Positions 28,179-36,644 of a stretch of 50,015 bases of DNA are shown here, in pieces. The notes below the pieces were generated by a model. That model ran no database searches, had not been told where the DNA came from, and saw only the letters and a program-made list of their open reading frames with translations. The DNA lies in assembly GCA_044222475.1 (NCBI GenBank), contig JBGANF010000049.1:1-50015 (forward strand), read 5' to 3'. The position numbers were made by a program, and so were the translations under genes. The first letter of the stretch is position 1. Every line of letters begins with the position of its first letter. This DNA is from Polyangiaceae bacterium (GTDB taxonomy: Bacteria > Myxococcota_A > Polyangia > Polyangiales > Polyangiaceae).

Positions 28179-29336
28179 TCAGGGCGCCAGCGTCGCCGCG
28201 ACGATCGTATCCATCGGGGCGAACGCCGGCACGAGCAGGCACGGCGAGAACCCGTGCGCGACGCCCATCGGGTCGGGGCAGAGCGCGCCCTTCATCTGGG
28301 ACGGCCCTGGCACGAAGAGCGTCGCGTTGCGGCCGGCGGACAGGAGCGCGTCGTACATGGCTTGAGACTGCGACTGTCCCAAAAGGGGATCGTTGGGATC
28401 TTGCGCGTGCACGAGGAGCACGCGCGCGCTCGCGGCGCAGGCGTGGGCGCGCGGCATGGCGTCGAGGCAGCGGTCGCAGGCTCGGCCTGCGACGCACGAC
28501 GACGGGGCGACGTCGCAGAGGCCGCCGGCCATCGTCGCACCGGCGCCGCGGAGCGCGGAGCTCGGGCCGTGCTCGACGGCGTAGAGATCGTACGGCCCCG
28601 AGAAGCCGACCGCGGCGACGAGCTTGTCGGAGCCGCCGCACTTGGGATCGAGATCGGCGCGGCCCTCGGTCGTGGCGAGGAGCAGCGCGAGGTGCGCCCC
28701 TGCCGACTCGCCGACGACGCCGATGCGCGAGCCGTCGAGCCCGTAGTCCTTGGCGTGGAGCGCGATCCATTGCACCGCGCACTTCACGTCCATCAGGTTC
28801 GCGGGGTACACGCCCCCCTCTTGCGCGAGGCGGTACTCGACGTTGAACGCGCCCATGCCCCAGCGCTTGGCGAAGGCTTGTGCGACGCCGCCGATCGCGT
28901 CGCGGCGTCGGTTGCAGTCGTTCCATCCGCCGCCGTGGATGACGACGAGCACGCCGGGTTTGCCGGTCACGTTCTGGGGAACCCATAGGTCACCCTGAAG
29001 CGTGCGACCGCCGCGGTTGCCGTAGGTGAGGTTGCCGAGCTTGCGCGTGCCGGAGAGCGCGCCGGCGTCGGCGCCGAAGTCCTGGGTGACGGGCGCGTCG
29101 CCGGTCGCGGTCGGGCCGCCGGTGCACGGCCCGCTCGAGCCGCCGTCGGGCGAGGTGCCAGACCACGGCGAGCACGACGCGTCTCCGCCGTCGCCGCCGC
29201 TCGACCCGTCGGGGAGAGGCGCATCGTTTGCGGCATCGGCGCCCGGCTTCGCGTCGCCGGTGCCGCACGCGCCGAGGGCGAACGCCGCCAAGGGTCCGAG
29301 GGCGGACAGAAGAACGGCCAGACCCCCGAGGCGCAT
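28179..29336 (-). CDS. Alpha/beta hydrolase (HSL-like esterase) lipoprotein
   Basis: Lipobox LGAC; IHGGGW, VEYRLA, GESAGAHLA nucleophile elbow, AHGF. Confidence 0.9.
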   Translation of the reverse strand: MRLGGLAVLLSALGPLAAFALGACGTGDAKPGADAANDAPLPDGSSGGDGGDASCSPWSGTSPDGGSSGPCTGGPTATGDAPVTQDFGADAGALSGTRKLGNLTYGNRGGRTLQGDLWVPQNVTGKPGVLVVIHGGGWNDCNRRRDAIGGVAQAFAKRWGMGAFNVEYRLAQEGGVYPANLMDVKCAVQWIALHAKDYGLDGSRIGVVGESAGAHLALLLATTEGRADLDPKCGGSDKLVAAVGFSGPYDLYAVEHGPSSALRGAGATMAGGLCDVAPSSCVAGRACDRCLDAMPRAHACAASARVLLVHAQDPNDPLLGQSQSQAMYDALLSAGRNATLFVPGPSQMKGALCPDPMGVAHGFSPCLLVPAFAPMDTIVAATLAP

Positions 29337-29411
29337 GGATTGGTTCTACTGCATTGCGTCGCTCGGCGCCTTCCGAACGGGCCTTTCCCCTGCTACACCG
29401 CTGGCACCGCC

Positions 29412-30575
29412 ATGCCCGACTTTTTCGACGTCGCCCGCCATTTCACCCCCGAAGAGCTCGCGGTCCAGAAGAGCGTCCGCGCATTCGTCGACAAACGCGT
29501 CATGCCGACGATCGGCGATCACTTCGAGAAGGGGACCTTCCCCACGGAGCTCATCGGCGAGATCGCCGAGCTGGGGTTGCTTGGTTGCAATCTACACGGA
29601 TATGGCTGCGCGGGTTTGAGCGAGGTCGGCTACGGCGTCGCGATGCAGGAGCTCGAGCGCGGGGACTCGGGAGTGCGCTCGTTCGCGAGCGTGCAGGGCT
29701 CGCTCGTCATGTACCCGATCTGGGCGCACGGCTCGGAGGAGCAGAAGAAGAAGTACCTGCCGGAGATGGCGAAGGGGAAGCTCATCGGCTGCTTCGGGTT
29801 GACCGAGCCCGATGCGGGCTCGAACCCGGCGGGGATGCGCACCGTCGCGATCGACGATGGTGACTCGTACGTGATCACTGGGACGAAGCGGTGGATCACG
29901 AACGGCAACCTCGCGAACGTGGCGCTCGTCTGGGCGAAGCTGGGCGGGCAAGAGGGTCAGGTGCACGGCTTCCTGGTCCCGACCGACAGCAAGGGCTTCG
30001 AGGCGCAGATCATCCACAAGAAGATGAGCCTCCGCGCGAGCGTCACGAGCGAGCTGATCCTCGAAGAGGTGCGGGTGAAGAAGGACGCGATCCTCCCGAA
30101 CGTGAAGGGGATGAAGGGGCCGCTGTCGTGTCTGACGTCGGCGCGCTTCGGGATCGCGTGGGGCGTGATCGGGGCGGCGCAGGCGTGCTTCGACAGCGCG
30201 CTCGACTATGCGAAGAACCGGGTGCAGTTCGCGGGGAAGCCGATCGCGAGTCACCAGCTCGTGCAGGCGAAGTTCGCGGAGATGCTGACGCAGATCTCGT
30301 CGGCGCAGCTGATGGCGCTCGAGGTGTCGAAGCTGAAGGAAGAGAAGAAGCTGCGGCCGCAGCACGTGTCGATGATCAAGAGGAACAACGTGCGGATGGC
30401 GCTGGAGACGGCGCGGGTCTGCCGAGACATCCTGGGCGGCAACGGGATCACGCTCGAGTACCCGGTGATGCGGCACCTGTGCAACCTGGAGACGGTCTAC
30501 ACGTACGAGGGAACGCACGACGTGCACACGTTGATCCTGGGTCAAGACGTGACGGGGATCAGCGCGTTCGAATGA
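29412..30575 (+). CDS. gcdH: Acyl-CoA dehydrogenase, glutaryl-CoA dehydrogenase-like
   Basis: ELERGDSGVRSFASVQGSLVMYPI, GCFGLTEPDAGS, KRWITNG, RHLCNLETVYTYEGTHDVHTLILG. Confidence 0.9.
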   Translation: MPDFFDVARHFTPEELAVQKSVRAFVDKRVMPTIGDHFEKGTFPTELIGEIAELGLLGCNLHGYGCAGLSEVGYGVAMQELERGDSGVRSFASVQGSLVMYPIWAHGSEEQKKKYLPEMAKGKLIGCFGLTEPDAGSNPAGMRTVAIDDGDSYVITGTKRWITNGNLANVALVWAKLGGQEGQVHGFLVPTDSKGFEAQIIHKKMSLRASVTSELILEEVRVKKDAILPNVKGMKGPLSCLTSARFGIAWGVIGAAQACFDSALDYAKNRVQFAGKPIASHQLVQAKFAEMLTQISSAQLMALEVSKLKEEKKLRPQHVSMIKRNNVRMALETARVCRDILGGNGITLEYPVMRHLCNLETVYTYEGTHDVHTLILGQDVTGISAFE

Positions 30576-30943
30576 ATGCAATGGCGCACGGCTTCGCGCT
30601 CGCCCTCGTCGTTCCGCTGCTTGCGTGTGGCAGCAGCGACTCTCCGGGCGCTCCGGATGCGGCCAAGGATGCGGTTGCGCCGTGTGATCCTCCCCTCGGG
30701 AGCAACGTGGACGCGGGAGCATCCGACGCACGACGCGATGGACCGACCTCCTCGAGTGACTCCGGCACGATCGATACCGAAGGTGGCTTGCCCCCGCCAG
30801 CGGGTCGCTTCGCGTGCGGCAACGGCGCACTCTTCTGCCCGGACGAGGCCGCCGTGGGCCTGCGGTGCTGCAAGATCAAGATGGAGTGCTGGGATCCCGC
30901 CGTCGACCCCAGTGACTACTGCGATCGGCCGTACTGCAAATGA
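30572..30943 (+). CDS. Small Cys-rich lipoprotein
   Basis: ATGA overlap with gcdH (alternative start 30581); lipobox LLAC; DAG/DSG linker; C-terminal Cys cluster. Confidence 0.7.
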   Translation: MNAMAHGFALALVVPLLACGSSDSPGAPDAAKDAVAPCDPPLGSNVDAGASDARRDGPTSSSDSGTIDTEGGLPPPAGRFACGNGALFCPDEAAVGLRCCKIKMECWDPAVDPSDYCDRPYCK

Positions 30944-30946
30944 GGT

Positions 30947-31489
30947 CTACGACGGCCCGCTCAGGAGTCGACCGAGCAGTGGCTGAGTCACCGCGAGCTG
31001 GTCGAGTGTCGCGCTGGCGTCGAAGGTTCCGGTCGACGTCTTCGACGGGCTCAGCGTGAAGCCCAGTCTGCGGAAGATGCCGAGCATCCTCGGGTTCGTC
31101 GACTGAACGTTGCTCGTCAGACGGCGGAACGACTTCGTCTTCAACACTCGAGTCAGCTCTCGAACGAGCTGGCGGAAGAGCGCACCCCCCTGATGGGCAC
31201 GCGCGATTTGGATCGAGACCAGGTAGATGTCTTCGGCGTCGTTCCAGTCGCGGCAGAGCTCGACGTAGCCCGCGATGTCGTCGCCATCGAAAGCGACGAG
31301 CAGTTCGGTCGTGGGACCGAGCAAGCCCTTCCTGACCAGCGCTGCGGGAAACTCGCGCCCGAGCGCGGTGAACATCGGAGTCATGTTGATCCGGTCCAAG
31401 CGGAGAATCTTCTCCACGAGATCGGGCGTGAGCTGTGTGGCGTCGAACCTTCGGATCAATCGAGCCACGTCTCGTTCTGCGGATCCCAC
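30947..31489 (-). CDS. GNAT-family N-acetyltransferase
   Basis: IYLVSIQIARAHQGGALFRQL (motif A) and VQSTNPRMLGIFRRLGF (motif B); start may be GTG 31468. Confidence 0.82.
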   Translation of the reverse strand: MGSAERDVARLIRRFDATQLTPDLVEKILRLDRINMTPMFTALGREFPAALVRKGLLGPTTELLVAFDGDDIAGYVELCRDWNDAEDIYLVSIQIARAHQGGALFRQLVRELTRVLKTKSFRRLTSNVQSTNPRMLGIFRRLGFTLSPSKTSTGTFDASATLDQLAVTQPLLGRLLSGPS

Positions 31490-31860
31490 ACCGAGAGTCC
31501 CGCCTCCTTGAACAGGGCGATCAGCCCCTCGAGGACCTCGAGCTGGAGATCCCCGCCGTCGAACCCGTGCGAGACGTGAACGAACGCGTTCGATATTTCG
31601 ACTTGGATGTAGCCGTCTTCGGTCCAGTTCAGCTCGGCACCGCCGAAGTTGGTGCGCGCGTCTTCTTCCGTGATGCCCATCGTCTTCGCGATCGCGGCGA
31701 AGTCCTTCACGAACCGCTCGAACGCGGGGAACCGGCTCGTGATTCGATCGGCGAGAGCGCTCGCCGCGATCGGCGGGAGCGCGCCGTCGTCGTCGCTCTC
31801 GAGCACGGCCATCATGGCCTCTTCGTTGCGTTCGGCGACGGCGTAGTAGTCGATGCTCAT
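31456..31860 (-). CDS. Hypothetical acidic protein
   Basis: 134-aa ORF with native codon usage; MSIDY start and WDPQ near the C-terminus; function not recognised. Confidence 0.7.
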   Translation of the reverse strand: MSIDYYAVAERNEEAMMAVLESDDDGALPPIAASALADRITSRFPAFERFVKDFAAIAKTMGITEEDARTNFGGAELNWTEDGYIQVEISNAFVHVSHGFDGGDLQLEVLEGLIALFKEAGLSVWDPQNETWLD

Positions 31861-31894
31861 CGATTCGATTCGTATCTCGCGTTTGCTGCGGCGG

Positions 31895-32362
31895 CTAGCG
31901 GGCGCCGACCTGCAACTCCGCTGCGTTGCACGAGCGGTGGCACAGGAGGCACACCAGTCGCTTGCGCGCAGTCTCGTTCAGCTCGCGATACCGGGCGTGG
32001 AGGCGACCGCAATGCGGACATGACGCACCATCGCGCGTCACGAGCTCCATGATGCGATCGTGATCTACATTGTGCTCGAGATCCCGTTGAACCTCCGCCG
32101 CACGTCGTGCGTTCCACTCGTCACGAGCTTCCTCCACCGCCGCGGGCGATTGTGACTTTGCGAGGGCCTCCTGGTGCAACCGGCCGAACGTGTCGTGCTC
32201 CGGCCACGCTTCGTAGCAGGACCGATGCATTGCGGAGTCGCTGTACTGCCACAGCGGATGCCCGGGCTCCAGACAGGCGCTGAAGCCGACGATCTCCTCG
32301 CCGGCCGCGAGGACGCGGGAGCAAAGCGAGCACCGGGTCTTCCCACGGATGATGATCGCCAC
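31895..32362 (-). CDS. Hypothetical Zn-binding protein
   Basis: CSLC, MHRSC, CPHC and CLLC motifs; TACGAT 6 nt upstream of the GTG start. Confidence 0.65.
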   Translation of the reverse strand: MAIIIRGKTRCSLCSRVLAAGEEIVGFSACLEPGHPLWQYSDSAMHRSCYEAWPEHDTFGRLHQEALAKSQSPAAVEEARDEWNARRAAEVQRDLEHNVDHDRIMELVTRDGASCPHCGRLHARYRELNETARKRLVCLLCHRSCNAAELQVGAR

Positions 32363-32374
32363 GGCACCATCGTA

Positions 32375-32797
32375 TCAGTCGAGCATGCGCCGGTACGCTG
32401 CTGCTGCCGCCAATGCGAAGCTCCGCAGCAGGATTCCGAGCAAGATGCTGGGCGCGCTCGCGCCGGCAAGACCACCCGCGTGCGTCAGGGTGTAGACGGC
32501 AACGCCGCCACCGAGCATGTAGACCGACCAGCCGCGCAGGCGCCATAGCGCAACGAGCCCTCCGATCTCACATCCGAGGAAACCAACGGCGAGCATGAGA
32601 TGCGAAGACGGCGGACCATGCACGCCCGAGGTGACGGCGAACAGTACCCCTTGAATGATGATCACTACCTTCAGCGTCAGCGGCGTCGGCGTGTTCGACT
32701 TGCGACTCCAGCCATCGTCCCAAGAAAGCCATGCACGTGGCTTCTTCGTCGCTGGCTGGGTCTGCCGCTTCTTGCGGCGTTTCGGCGAGTCGACCAC
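32375..32797 (-). CDS. Hypothetical small membrane protein
   Basis: Basic N-terminus then about 4 TM segments; GTG 32797 preceded by TAGGCT at 7 nt. Confidence 0.55.
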   Translation of the reverse strand: MVDSPKRRKKRQTQPATKKPRAWLSWDDGWSRKSNTPTPLTLKVVIIIQGVLFAVTSGVHGPPSSHLMLAVGFLGCEIGGLVALWRLRGWSVYMLGGGVAVYTLTHAGGLAGASAPSILLGILLRSFALAAAAAYRRMLD

Positions 32798-32967
32798 CGT
32801 GCAGAGCCTAGCGCGTCGCAACGCCAGTGTGGCGCGGCGCCGGCACCAAGTGGCGCGCGCCACCCCTGCTCGTCACGAATCGCCGGCAATTCGACCGCGT
32901 CCGCGTCGGCACGGCGTCTGCAATGCAGCGCTATCGACGAAGCCACCTCGAAGGAAAGCGCGCTACG

Positions 32968-33681
32968 ATGATCTCCACGATGTCTCCGGCGATCGAGCAC
33001 GTCCGTCCCCCTCGTCCGCTTCGGTTCCTCGCGAACGATCCGGAGTGGGACTTGGGCCAATCGACACGCCACTTCAAGCTCTGTGTGTTCCTCTGGGAAA
33101 CGCTGCGCCGTGTGGTCGGGCCGGGCTCCACGGTCGGTGCAGACAACTTCGTCTACTTCGACGGTGCCGATGCCGACCGAAAATGCGCGCCTGACGCTTT
33201 CGTGCGCGTGGGCGTCCCCGATGCCGAGTTCTCGTCGTGGCAAACGTGGGAGAAGGGCACGCCCGAGCTGTGCATCGAGATCTTGAGCCCGAGCGACACC
33301 GTCGAATTCCTGTCGCTCGCGAAGAAGCTCGAAGCGTTCCACTCGATGGGCACGCGCGAGGTGATCTGCTTCGACGTCGACGCGCCGGAAGGAGCGCGGC
33401 TCCGAGCTTGGGATCGCATCGACGGTGACTTGGTGGAGCGAGTCGTCAATGCAGAGCGAACCCCGTGCCTCACGCTGGGGAAGTGGTTCCACGTTGCGCC
33501 GCTCGGCGGCATGCCGAGCGCGCTCGCGCTCGCCGACGACGAGCATGGTCACGGGATGGTGCTGACACACGCCGAAGCAAACATCGCGCTCGAGGCGGCG
33601 CTCGCCCGCGAAGCAGAGGCGCGTCGTGCGGCAGAGGCGCGAGTGGCCGAGCTCGAGGAGCTGCTTCGAGCGAAGGTTTGA
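32968..33681 (+). CDS. Uma2 (DUF820) PD-(D/E)xK-family endonuclease
   Basis: CAPDAFV, PELCIEILSPSD, KKLEAFHSMGTREVICFD; C-terminal coiled coil EARRAAEARVAELE. Start is 32968 or 32980. Confidence 0.85.
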   Translation: MISTMSPAIEHVRPPRPLRFLANDPEWDLGQSTRHFKLCVFLWETLRRVVGPGSTVGADNFVYFDGADADRKCAPDAFVRVGVPDAEFSSWQTWEKGTPELCIEILSPSDTVEFLSLAKKLEAFHSMGTREVICFDVDAPEGARLRAWDRIDGDLVERVVNAERTPCLTLGKWFHVAPLGGMPSALALADDEHGHGMVLTHAEANIALEAALAREAEARRAAEARVAELEELLRAKV

Positions 33682-34103
33682 CGACGGTCCCCTTCGATCT
33701 CTGGGATCGCGTCCCTCCCGCGCTCGCGACGGTACTCCCCAACGTGAGCTGGAGCAGGGAGCGCCTTCATTCCCTCGCGCTGCCCGTCGTCACGCTTCGC
33801 ATCGACGACTTGCGGTGGCAGCTCGATCTGCCGTGGTGGCGCAGCGCAAACGGCCCGTTCACGCTCACTCCGAACGAGGTGCGTCGCTCGCCCGCCGCCC
33901 ACGCGGCCCAATGGAAGCGCACGCTCGACGCCGATCTCGGGTACCCGATCCACCTGCTGCAACGCGATCGACTCGTCGTGCTCGACGGCGTGCATCGACT
34001 GCTGAAGGCCGACGTGAACGACCTTCCGTCGATCGCCGCGCACGTCGTGATCGAGGAGACGTTCACGGCGCACGTCGTTTGCCATTTCGTCCCAGTCGTC
34101 TAG
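33678..34103 (+). CDS. Stand-alone ParB/sulfiredoxin-like domain protein
   Basis: ADLGYPIHLL..LVVLDGVHRLLKA motif; TTG start overlaps the Uma2 stop (TTGA). Confidence 0.7.
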   Translation: MTTVPFDLWDRVPPALATVLPNVSWSRERLHSLALPVVTLRIDDLRWQLDLPWWRSANGPFTLTPNEVRRSPAAHAAQWKRTLDADLGYPIHLLQRDRLVVLDGVHRLLKADVNDLPSIAAHVVIEETFTAHVVCHFVPVV

Positions 34104-34193
34104 CCCCCCGTGTCACGGCGACACGAACGGTCGAGCACGGTCCCGCAGCGCCGGTGATTCGCGATCGGCACGGCTCGTGCTCTGCGGCAACGC

Positions 34194-34628
34194 ATGCGAG
34201 CTCTGCGCGCCGGTGCGATCGTCCTCTCGATCTGGTGTGTCCTCGAAGCGCTGGTCGCGCTGGTCGTGACCGCCGCGACGCTCGCGGGGCGCGCGCCGCC
34301 GGCGCTCGCGCTGGTGATGAGCGAGGAGCGCATCGCGGCGGCGGATCCCGATCTCGTCGCGGTGGTGAACGCGCAGGCGTCGATCGCGAACCCGCTGATC
34401 GTCTCGCTGACGATCGCCGTCCTCGTCATCACGTGGAAGGCGCTCGTGGTGCGCGCGCGATGGGCGTTACCCGCGCTCGCGGCGATCCTGGGTCCGTTGC
34501 AGGTGTTCGGTTTCGTCAGCGATGCGTACCTCGGTGGGCGCAACTGGATCGCGAATGGGGTCTCGTCGGTGGTGCTCGCCGTCGCGCTGGGGCTGGCGGC
34601 GGTCGGATTGCGGCGCAGCGCCGATTGA
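34194..34628 (+). CDS. Hypothetical membrane protein (4 TM)
   Basis: Four hydrophobic helices in 144 aa. Confidence 0.65.
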   Translation: MRALRAGAIVLSIWCVLEALVALVVTAATLAGRAPPALALVMSEERIAAADPDLVAVVNAQASIANPLIVSLTIAVLVITWKALVVRARWALPALAAILGPLQVFGFVSDAYLGGRNWIANGVSSVVLAVALGLAAVGLRRSAD

Positions 34629-34652
34629 ACCCGCGCCCGAATCCCCTACTCT
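34625..34652 (+). promoter_or_regulatory. Putative sigma70 promoter of the lytic transglycosylase gene (leaderless)
   Basis: TTGAAC-N16-TACTCT ending 6 nt before ATG 34659. Confidence 0.45.
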
Positions 34653-34658
34653 GGGGTC

Positions 34659-35360
34659 ATGCGGCACGTCCTCGTCCCGGTCGCGGTTTCGCTCCTGATG
34701 CTCGGGTGCTCCTCCTCCGGTGACGGCACCACCGTCGACGGCGGGGCCGACGTGTTCGTGAACCCGGGAACCTGCGATCCGGACCCGCTGAAGACCGGCA
34801 TCACCGCGCAGCAGACGGGGATCAGCGCCGACGCGTTCGACTGCGCCGTGCTGAAGACGACCGCGAAGTACGCGTGGCCCGATCCGATGCTCATCAAGGC
34901 CGTGATGTACGGAGAGTCGCGCTTCGATCAGTTCTCGGCCGGTTGCGCGAACGGGCCGTGTGGGACGCCGAGCGGCTGGACCGCGAGCGAGATCGGCTGC
35001 TTTGGGTTGATGCAGGTCGTGCCGGCGTGCAACCCGAAGGCGAGTGATCCGTGGATCCTGCCGAACGGGCACCCGAACATGACGAAGGACACGGGCTCGG
35101 CAGACTGGCCGCACTCGGTCTTCAACCCGGACATGAACATCGAGATGGGCGTGGCCGGGCTGACGGACAACCGCGCGCAGGTGAAGAAGCAGTTCAGCGG
35201 CTGCACCGAGGACCAGTACACGGCGATGGCGCTGGGCAACTACGCGAACTACGGCAGCACGAAGGGCTGTACGCAGGTGAATCGGCAGTACTTGGACTAC
35301 GTGCTCCCGGCGTACCAGCAGTACTGCGCGGCGGCGAAGTACCCGGCGCACACGTACTGA
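34659..35360 (+). CDS. SLT/GH23-like lytic transglycosylase lipoprotein
   Basis: Lipobox MLGC; LIKAVMYGESRF (catalytic Glu), FGLMQV, FNPDMNIEMG, ALGNY. Confidence 0.82.
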   Translation: MRHVLVPVAVSLLMLGCSSSGDGTTVDGGADVFVNPGTCDPDPLKTGITAQQTGISADAFDCAVLKTTAKYAWPDPMLIKAVMYGESRFDQFSAGCANGPCGTPSGWTASEIGCFGLMQVVPACNPKASDPWILPNGHPNMTKDTGSADWPHSVFNPDMNIEMGVAGLTDNRAQVKKQFSGCTEDQYTAMALGNYANYGSTKGCTQVNRQYLDYVLPAYQQYCAAAKYPAHTY

Positions 35361-35364
35361 GCGT

Positions 35365-35724
35365 TCAGCGAAGAGCGGTGGCGAGCTCCGTGAGGACGCA
35401 GCCGAGGTTGCGCTCGACGTGGTGTGCTTCGACCCGAAGGATGCGTGCGCCGTGGAGCCGCATGAGCGCCGCATCGCGTGCCGCGTCTTCGGCCACGCGA
35501 GCCGCGTGGTAGCCGCCGTCGACCTCGACGACGAGCTTCAGCGAGGCCGCGTAGAAGTCGGCGATGTACGGAGCGAGCACGTGCTGCCGCCGGAACTTGA
35601 TGCCGCGGAAGCGCCGGTCGCGAAGCGCGTTCCACATGAGCGCCTCGGACTTCGTGGGCGCCTTGCGATGCTGCCGAGCGAATTCCGCGAGAGTGAACAG
35701 CGAAGGGGCGAGCGGGGAGGTCAT
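35365..35724 (-). CDS. DUF559 (Vsr-like) endonuclease domain protein
   Basis: ARQHRKAPTKSEALMWNALR..KFRRQHVLAPYIADFY..LVVEVDGGYH..DAARDAAL..GARILR. Confidence 0.9.
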   Translation of the reverse strand: MTSPLAPSLFTLAEFARQHRKAPTKSEALMWNALRDRRFRGIKFRRQHVLAPYIADFYAASLKLVVEVDGGYHAARVAEDAARDAALMRLHGARILRVEAHHVERNLGCVLTELATALR

Positions 35725-35844
35725 GCCCCCGACCGCGGAAGATTCGTGACAAGCGCTACGGAGTACGCCGACGGTGCGCCGAGTCCGCAACGAGAGCGCT
35801 TGGCGCGAATCTTCCGCGTTGGGCATGACCTCCCCGCTCGCCCC
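35705..35844. repeat. Long imperfect inverted repeat covering the DUF559 start codon
   Basis: 24/24 outer stem (35705-35728 vs 35821-35844) plus 22/24 inner stem (35734-35757 vs 35795-35818). Confidence 0.88.
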
Positions 35845-35909
35845 GAAGCGATCATTCCACGCAAAATGCAGCGACGAACGAACTGGGTCTGCACCGAGCG
35901 TCGCGACCA

Positions 35910-35928
35910 AAGGTTGACAAGGTTGACA
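35910..35928 (+). repeat. 9-bp tandem repeat containing two TTGACA hexamers
   Basis: AAGGTTGAC-AAGGTTGAC-A. Confidence 0.6.
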
Positions 35929-35983
35929 CCGTCCCCGCGGATCGCGAGCGATCCGGTTCAGCCCTCCGCGCCGTGGTGGAACC

Positions 35984-36051
35984 ACTCTCCCCGCTTGGCG
36001 CGAAGCGCCAAGCAAGGGGAGAGTCGCGGCGCGAAGCGCCGCGGTGAGGGG
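35984..36051. repeat. CIR/RPE-like double-hairpin repeat
   Basis: ACTCTCCCC-GCTTGGCGC-GAA-GCGCCAAGC-AA-GGGGAGAGT followed by CGCGGCGC-GAA-GCGCCGCG-GTGAGGGG, matching the CTCTCCC..GGGAGAG..CGAAGCG..GGTGAGGGG layout of intergenic palindromic repeats. Confidence 0.75.
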
Positions 36052-36055
36052 CCTC

Positions 36056-36583
36056 TCACTCCCGCATCACCGCCCCATCGAGCGCCCCCACCGATCGCAG
36101 CGCCTCGTACACCGCGATACTCGCCGCATTCGCGAGATTCAACGACCGCACCCCACCCGCCTCGGTGCTCAACGTCGGGATCCCCACCGTCCGATCCGCA
36201 TACTCCTCGACCAACTGCGGCGAGAGCCCCACGCTCTCCTTCCCGAACACGAGGGCATCCCCGGGCCGAAACTCGGCCTGGAGGTAACTCTTCTTCGCGT
36301 GCGCCGTGAAGAGGTGAAGCCGCCCGCTGGGGCTGACCTTCCGAAACGCGTGCACGAAGTGCGGAAAATCGAGGTGCACCGTGAGGTCGACCAAGTGCCA
36401 GTAGTCGAGCCCCGCCCGCCTCACGGCGTGGTCGTCGATCTGAAACCCGAGCTTCCCCACCAGATGGAGCTTGCTGCCGGTGGCAGCGCACAAACGCCCC
36501 ACGTTCCCGGTGTTCGGCGGGATCTCCGGCTCCACCAAGACCACGTGGAACGGCGCGTCCAGCGGATTCGATCGAAGGCGCAT
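36056..36583 (-). CDS. trmL: tRNA (cytidine/uridine-34 2'-O)-methyltransferase
   Basis: VVLVEPEIPPNTGNVGRLCAAT, RRAGLDYW, VFGKESVGL, RSLNLANAASIAVYEALR. Confidence 0.95.
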   Translation of the reverse strand: MRLRSNPLDAPFHVVLVEPEIPPNTGNVGRLCAATGSKLHLVGKLGFQIDDHAVRRAGLDYWHLVDLTVHLDFPHFVHAFRKVSPSGRLHLFTAHAKKSYLQAEFRPGDALVFGKESVGLSPQLVEEYADRTVGIPTLSTEAGGVRSLNLANAASIAVYEALRSVGALDGAVMRE

Positions 36584-36605
36584 GCTCTCTCACCCCACGC
36601 TTACC

Positions 36606-36635
36606 TTGACGGAGGCTCGCCGCCAAACGTAGGCT
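36606..36635 (+). promoter_or_regulatory. Putative sigma70 promoter of the OM beta-barrel gene
   Basis: TTGACG-N18-TAGGCT, 9 nt before ATG 36645. Confidence 0.5.
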
Positions 36636-36644
36636 CGCGAAAAC

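Noticed and set aside
34104..34193. Multi-stem structure upstream of the 4-TM gene (CGTGTC/GACACG, GAGCACG/CGTGCTC) as a riboswitch
   Set aside because: Stems are only 6-7 bp in GC-rich DNA and I recognise no riboswitch consensus.
30947..35360. Integron cassette array
   Set aside because: No integrase and no repeated attC-like sites; intergenic gaps are short and unrelated, and the genes are in mixed orientation.
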